This document shows positions 59,938 through 64,000 of a stretch of 64,000 bases of DNA, in pieces. The stretch comes from Picochlorum sp. SENEW3 (lineage: Eukaryota): the NCBI GenBank assembly GCA_034226945.1, contig CP120454.1, positions 620,001 through 684,000 of the forward strand, written 5' to 3'. The translations under genes and the position numbers were made by a program. Position 1 is the stretch's first letter. Every line of letters starts with the position of its first letter. Under the pieces are notes generated by a model. That model had not been told where the DNA came from, made no database searches, and saw only the letters and a program-made list of their open reading frames with translations.

Positions 59938-60978
59938 ATGACAGCACGTGGAACTCTATGTTTTCAGCAGAATAGCCGGAGAATCGTCTCTCGTTCTCAT
60001 TATTGCCATACACATGGTGCTACTACCAGTGAGCGTTCAGTAGCACAGCAGGCGTATCGTCACAAGGCCTTGTCTCAGAACCACACGACAGCACGAAGAA
60101 GACTAGCACGCGACAGCATGCTGCGTCTCCCTCGGGCCACCTCGCGAGAGGAAGAGTCTGCTCTATACGATGATGGGTATGAAGAGGATGATGGCGCTGT
60201 GAAGAGCCAGCTGCAGACATTGATGTATCCAGATAAGAGCGAGCTGCCAAGTGACTTTGAAATGCCAATTTGGGATCATTTGGAGGAATTACGCGAGCGT
60301 GTGATGGCTGGGGCTTTGGCGGCTGGAATAGCAGTGTTGACATGTTTTGCGTTTAGTAAAGATTTAGTGGTGTTTCTGGAGGCTCCTGTGGCGGAGCAAG
60401 GGGTGAGATTTCTGCAGCTCTCTCCTGGAGAGTTTTTCTTCACGACACTCAAGGTTGGTGGGTATTCTGGTATTTTACTATCAGCCCCGACAGTTCTGTA
60501 TGAAATCATAGCATATATAGTTCCTGGATTGACAAAGAGTGAACGTCGTTTCCTGGCACCGGTGGTGTTTGGGTCGTCCATTCTATTCTACATTGGACTG
60601 GCATTTTCCTATGAAATTCTCACCCCAGCAGCATTGACCTTTTTCGTGTCGTACGCCGATGGCGCTGTTGAATCTTTATGGTCAATTGATCAATATTTCG
60701 AATTTGTATTGACACTCATGCTGAGCACAGGGCTGTCGTTTCAGATTCCAGTCATTCAAGTCATGTTGGGGCAGTTGGGCATTGTGTCCTCTCAAGCCAT
60801 GTTTAGCCAGTGGAGATTTGTGGTTGTGGGAGCGACCGTTATCGCAGCAGTATTAACGCCGTCGACAGACCCGTTCACGCAGACCTTGTTGGCAGCTCCT
60901 TTGATTGGACTCTACATGGGAGGTGCTGGTGTGGTCTCTCTTATTGAAAACTCCAGAGACAAGGATCAATATGCATAG
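59938..60978 (+). CDS. tatC: Thylakoid Tat translocase subunit TatC
   Basis: [37 protein letters not shown]; transit peptide. Confidence 0.95.
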   Translation: MTARGTLCFQQNSRRIVSRSHYCHTHGATTSERSVAQQAYRHKALSQNHTTARRRLARDSMLRLPRATSREEESALYDDGYEEDDGAVKSQLQTLMYPDKSELPSDFEMPIWDHLEELRERVMAGALAAGIAVLTCFAFSKDLVVFLEAPVAEQGVRFLQLSPGEFFFTTLKVGGYSGILLSAPTVLYEIIAYIVPGLTKSERRFLAPVVFGSSILFYIGLAFSYEILTPAALTFFVSYADGAVESLWSIDQYFEFVLTLMLSTGLSFQIPVIQVMLGQLGIVSSQAMFSQWRFVVVGATVIAAVLTPSTDPFTQTLLAAPLIGLYMGGAGVVSLIENSRDKDQYA

Positions 60979-61024
60979 AGTAAAAAATCAATATATATAT
61001 ATATTACATCATGTGAATGTATCA

Positions 61025-61150
61025 TCCTGACAATCTTTATATTCTACAAGGAAAAGTTCTCGGCGGCATACACAACACCTACAGCATTGATTAATTCAGA
61101 GAGAAAAAAAGAGCCAGCGTCATGGTTCCTTGCAAGAAAGTCAATCAGGA
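61025..61150 (-). promoter_or_regulatory. Candidate SECIS element in the SelK 3' UTR
   Basis: Minus strand TCCTGA..TTCTTGCAAGGA-ACC-ATGAC...CGAG-AACTTT-TCCTTGTAGAA..TCAGGA: helix I flanking an AUGA/GA core; apical part atypical. Confidence 0.45.
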
Positions 61151-61262
61151 CTACACTACCCTATATATCATATCACGCATGTATCGCCCTTCCTCTTCTT
61201 CTTCTTCTTCTTCTTCTTCTAAAAGAGAGAAGAGAGAAGAGAGAAGAGAAGAAAAAGAAGAG

Positions 61263-61610
61263 CTACCTTCCTCAGGCACCAGCAGCGCAATTGCCCCCAG
61301 CATCCTTCAGGTCAGAAAGCCCAGCAATACGAGGTCCTCTGGGCCTCTCACCTCCTAACTTCACACCCTTACTCCGCCGTTTATTTTCTTGTTTCTCTAT
61401 AACATGATTGGCAGCACTTGGGTCGATTATTGTCTTGAAGAAGAGAAGAATAAGGGCAATCAGATTCTTCACCGCTTGAATGCAGTATTCTATGGGGCCC
61501 TGAGATCGTTTCTCTACAATACCTCCTATATAAGATATGCTTTAGATAAATTTTGAGCTGAATGGATGAATGGTTGTGTGAAAACGCGTACCTCGTCGAA
61601 TGTAGACCAT
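61263..61610 (-). CDS. SELENOK: Selenoprotein K (UGA at 61272-61274 read as Sec)
   Basis: Exon 61592-61610, intron 61526-61591; MVYIRRGGIVEKRS...LILLFFKTIIDP...GGNCAAGA-TGA-GR-TAG matches SelK MVYI..G / LFFKT / C-terminal UGR. Confidence 0.88.
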
Positions 61611-62060
61611 GCCGTTCTGATCAACGACAGCAATAAAACTACGGACTGTTTCTCTTTTCCTAGTCGTCGATTTCACGACACTAGTATTGGATTTTTTTTA
61701 TGGAGAAATAGGTCGCTGTCGCCTTGGATGTATCGACTCCTAATTTCACAAGACACAACATGCCCATGTCCATGTCGTTGGGGAAGGGGGGATTGTCAAG
61801 TGTGTCTTCTTCTGTTGGCGATGCATGGCTCATGTTACAACACAGGTATACGGGTGACATGGTGTTGATGGATTTCATTTATCAATTCATGAGGATGGTT
61901 CTTCGTCATCTGTATTCGATTGAAGTAGATCATGTCCATCATGGACACTGATGGGGACGTCTAAGAATTCACCAAAGAGCCTGCATCATCATGGTAACAA
62001 ATAATAATAGCACAGGTGAATCTTCACGTCACGGCTGGACGTTAGATTCATATATATCAA

Positions 62061-63701
62061 TCAATCATGCACGTACATGTCTGCTATTGTGTTTGGTGTG
62101 TTCCTCCTCTTCTTCTTCTTTGCTGTTGTTGTGTTTGTACCTATGTCGCCAATGAGGAGGATGGCTTTGGCAGGGGTGGTGGGGTGCTCGGCCTGTTCCT
62201 GTTCCTTCTTTGTACCATCATCATATTCGATACTCATCCCGCTGTGGAGTGATAAAACATGCTCAAGATCTAAGAATGTTGGTGAGCCATCGTGGGAATC
62301 TGTTGATGAGAGCTGCTCTACTGATTTTTTGACAACAAAATCATTCGATTCGAGAGAGCCAAAGATGAGCTGGCTTAGTACATCTGCGACGATGGGATCG
62401 TGTCCTTTCTTTGAAGAAGAATCTGTTGGTGTAGCTTGGCTGGCGATGAGGATAGATGTGGCAGAGCCGAGCATGTACTGCCGAATGATGAGTTTGAGAG
62501 AAATTCCCATCCATAGGGCACTCAGTGCGAGGCGCTGTGGGATGCTAGGAAACGACTGTGGTTCCTTCCTGTCTTGCTCTGACGCTGTATATATTCCAGT
62601 GTTGTGGTGATTGATGGACTCGAGCACGGTGGATAGTCTCTCCCGAGTCACCTGTGGCGCTCGAGGTGGGACAGCTTTGAGCACCAGTCTATCGAGTATA
62701 GGCAGGGATGCCAAGAATCTGTCTACTGCGCTACTGCATGTCTGAACGATGGGTGCACATGTTGCTAAAGCACCGCAAGCCAAGGTGGCAGCGAATACTT
62801 TTGCATCGCGCGCGAGAGATGGCTTGTCATCCGATGGATCAAATGGAATGGATGGTCCAGCCCCACCCATCCCAAGCTCTGCCGCCAGATCTTGTACTTC
62901 TGGAGGCTCTGGTATACCGTCCTCATCATTGTCTTCGTCCTGTCCGAACGAAGAAGCGCTATTTTCTCCTTTTGGAGGTCGACGCCATGGTGACCCTCGT
63001 GATGCAATCATGGCAGCTCGTGCATGGGCTGCATCGCATGCCATTTTGAGGGCATCTCGCCGAGCAGATAATGATGCAGCAATCAGATATCGACGTCCTA
63101 TTTTCCATGCATTTTCCAGACCATGCTGTGTGAGAAAACATGCTTGGTATTCTACAGGAATCTGTCCCTTTTCCCCGTACTGGATAATCTTCATCGCGGG
63201 CAATGTGCTGACCATCATGTTGTCAGCATCATCTGTACCAGAAAAACAATATTGTTTGCTCTTTTTCTTCTTCTTCTTCTTCTTCTCCGTATTTCTGTCT
63301 CGCGCGACAAAAAGATATGATTTCGGAAAGCTTGAAATCATTTCCAAGGCGAAATACAATGGCACCGTCAGAAAATTTCCTCTCTTGATATCATCCGAGT
63401 CAGATGATGCAACACTGTGGCACGCCGTGAGTTTGAACGACTGGCCATCACGACGGGGCTTTACCGGACCACTGGGCGATGCAAATTCAAGTCGAATATC
63501 ATCTTTTTGACACTGGGATAAGATTGAGACAGAGTCTTTCTCAATACAAATCACCTTTTTATCCTTGACCTTGAGCATGGGCAGCCTGTGATGAGCACTG
63601 GAAGTAAATGTTCCCTTGGAAAGAACAGGGCCTTTCTCATGATCATCTCGCAGGACTGAACTGCCGGTGGAATTCCTGAAGCAATTTCGAGTCATAATCA
63701 T
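62061..63701 (-). CDS. Unknown protein
   Basis: 546-aa uninterrupted ORF; no family recognised. Confidence 0.6.
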   Translation of the reverse strand: MIMTRNCFRNSTGSSVLRDDHEKGPVLSKGTFTSSAHHRLPMLKVKDKKVICIEKDSVSILSQCQKDDIRLEFASPSGPVKPRRDGQSFKLTACHSVASSDSDDIKRGNFLTVPLYFALEMISSFPKSYLFVARDRNTEKKKKKKKKSKQYCFSGTDDADNMMVSTLPAMKIIQYGEKGQIPVEYQACFLTQHGLENAWKIGRRYLIAASLSARRDALKMACDAAHARAAMIASRGSPWRRPPKGENSASSFGQDEDNDEDGIPEPPEVQDLAAELGMGGAGPSIPFDPSDDKPSLARDAKVFAATLACGALATCAPIVQTCSSAVDRFLASLPILDRLVLKAVPPRAPQVTRERLSTVLESINHHNTGIYTASEQDRKEPQSFPSIPQRLALSALWMGISLKLIIRQYMLGSATSILIASQATPTDSSSKKGHDPIVADVLSQLIFGSLESNDFVVKKSVEQLSSTDSHDGSPTFLDLEHVLSLHSGMSIEYDDGTKKEQEQAEHPTTPAKAILLIGDIGTNTTTAKKKKRRNTPNTIADMYVHD

Positions 63702-64000
63702 CTTCCTGATGGATCAATCACACACAACATGCCCGCATACAAAGACATGGAAAGTAACGTACATGGAACTGTTCTGAGAGTCCCTGCTGAGTGGTATATA
63801 CGCTCCACCGACACATAGCAGTGGCAGTGGAACACGGTTCTCCGAACCGATATGCAATTGTAACCGAGAATAGTGCGCTTTGGGATCGCTATCTGACGCC
63901 ATATCAAAGGATCAAAACGAATATCGTTCCGACAACGTCAAATAACATGGATGTCACACATGCCTTGTCAGCAGAATCACCTATTGGGGATGTATGGCCT

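Noticed and set aside
61190..61260. (CTT)n and (GAGAA)n tracts
   Set aside because: Ordinary microsatellites in the SelK 3' UTR; similar CT/GA-rich tracts flank several genes

Overview
Very compact eukaryotic nuclear DNA with short GT-AG introns, tiny intergenic gaps, TGTAA poly(A)-type signals, plastid- and mitochondrion-targeted proteins and a selenoprotein. This is consistent with a small-genome chlorophyte green alga; a Picochlorum-like trebouxiophyte is my inference. About 40 protein genes are visible, including PUX2-like, PEX12, ALKBH1-like, RsmE, a ZIP transporter, NUP93, UFL1, QCR10, an H2B-H2A/H3-H4 histone quartet, MAP1, LPA2, RNase II, an S1 protease, RPL38, thioredoxin, Ycf45-like, GrpE, SF3B3, RPN12, RPT4, GLYK, IscA, DDX6, TatC and selenoprotein K. 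Five things stand out. (1) A complete 6.0-kb DNA transposon (3103-9138) has perfect 43-bp terminal inverted repeats, a 3-bp AAT target-site duplication and subterminal repeats. It carries a spliced Plavaka/CACTA-like transposase plus a divergent AT-hook gene, and it splits a host membrane-protein gene that rejoins in frame when the element is removed. (2) All four histone genes end in a conserved stem-loop followed 13-16 nt later by a conserved GGAAA element resembling the metazoan U7-binding histone downstream element. (3) An RRM protein has NELF-E-like N-terminal helices and C-terminal tail. (4) A miniature RIB43A-like ciliary protein gene. (5) A UGA-recoded SelK gene with an atypical candidate SECIS. 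Family calls come from motif recognition by eye, not database searches, and splice models are manual.
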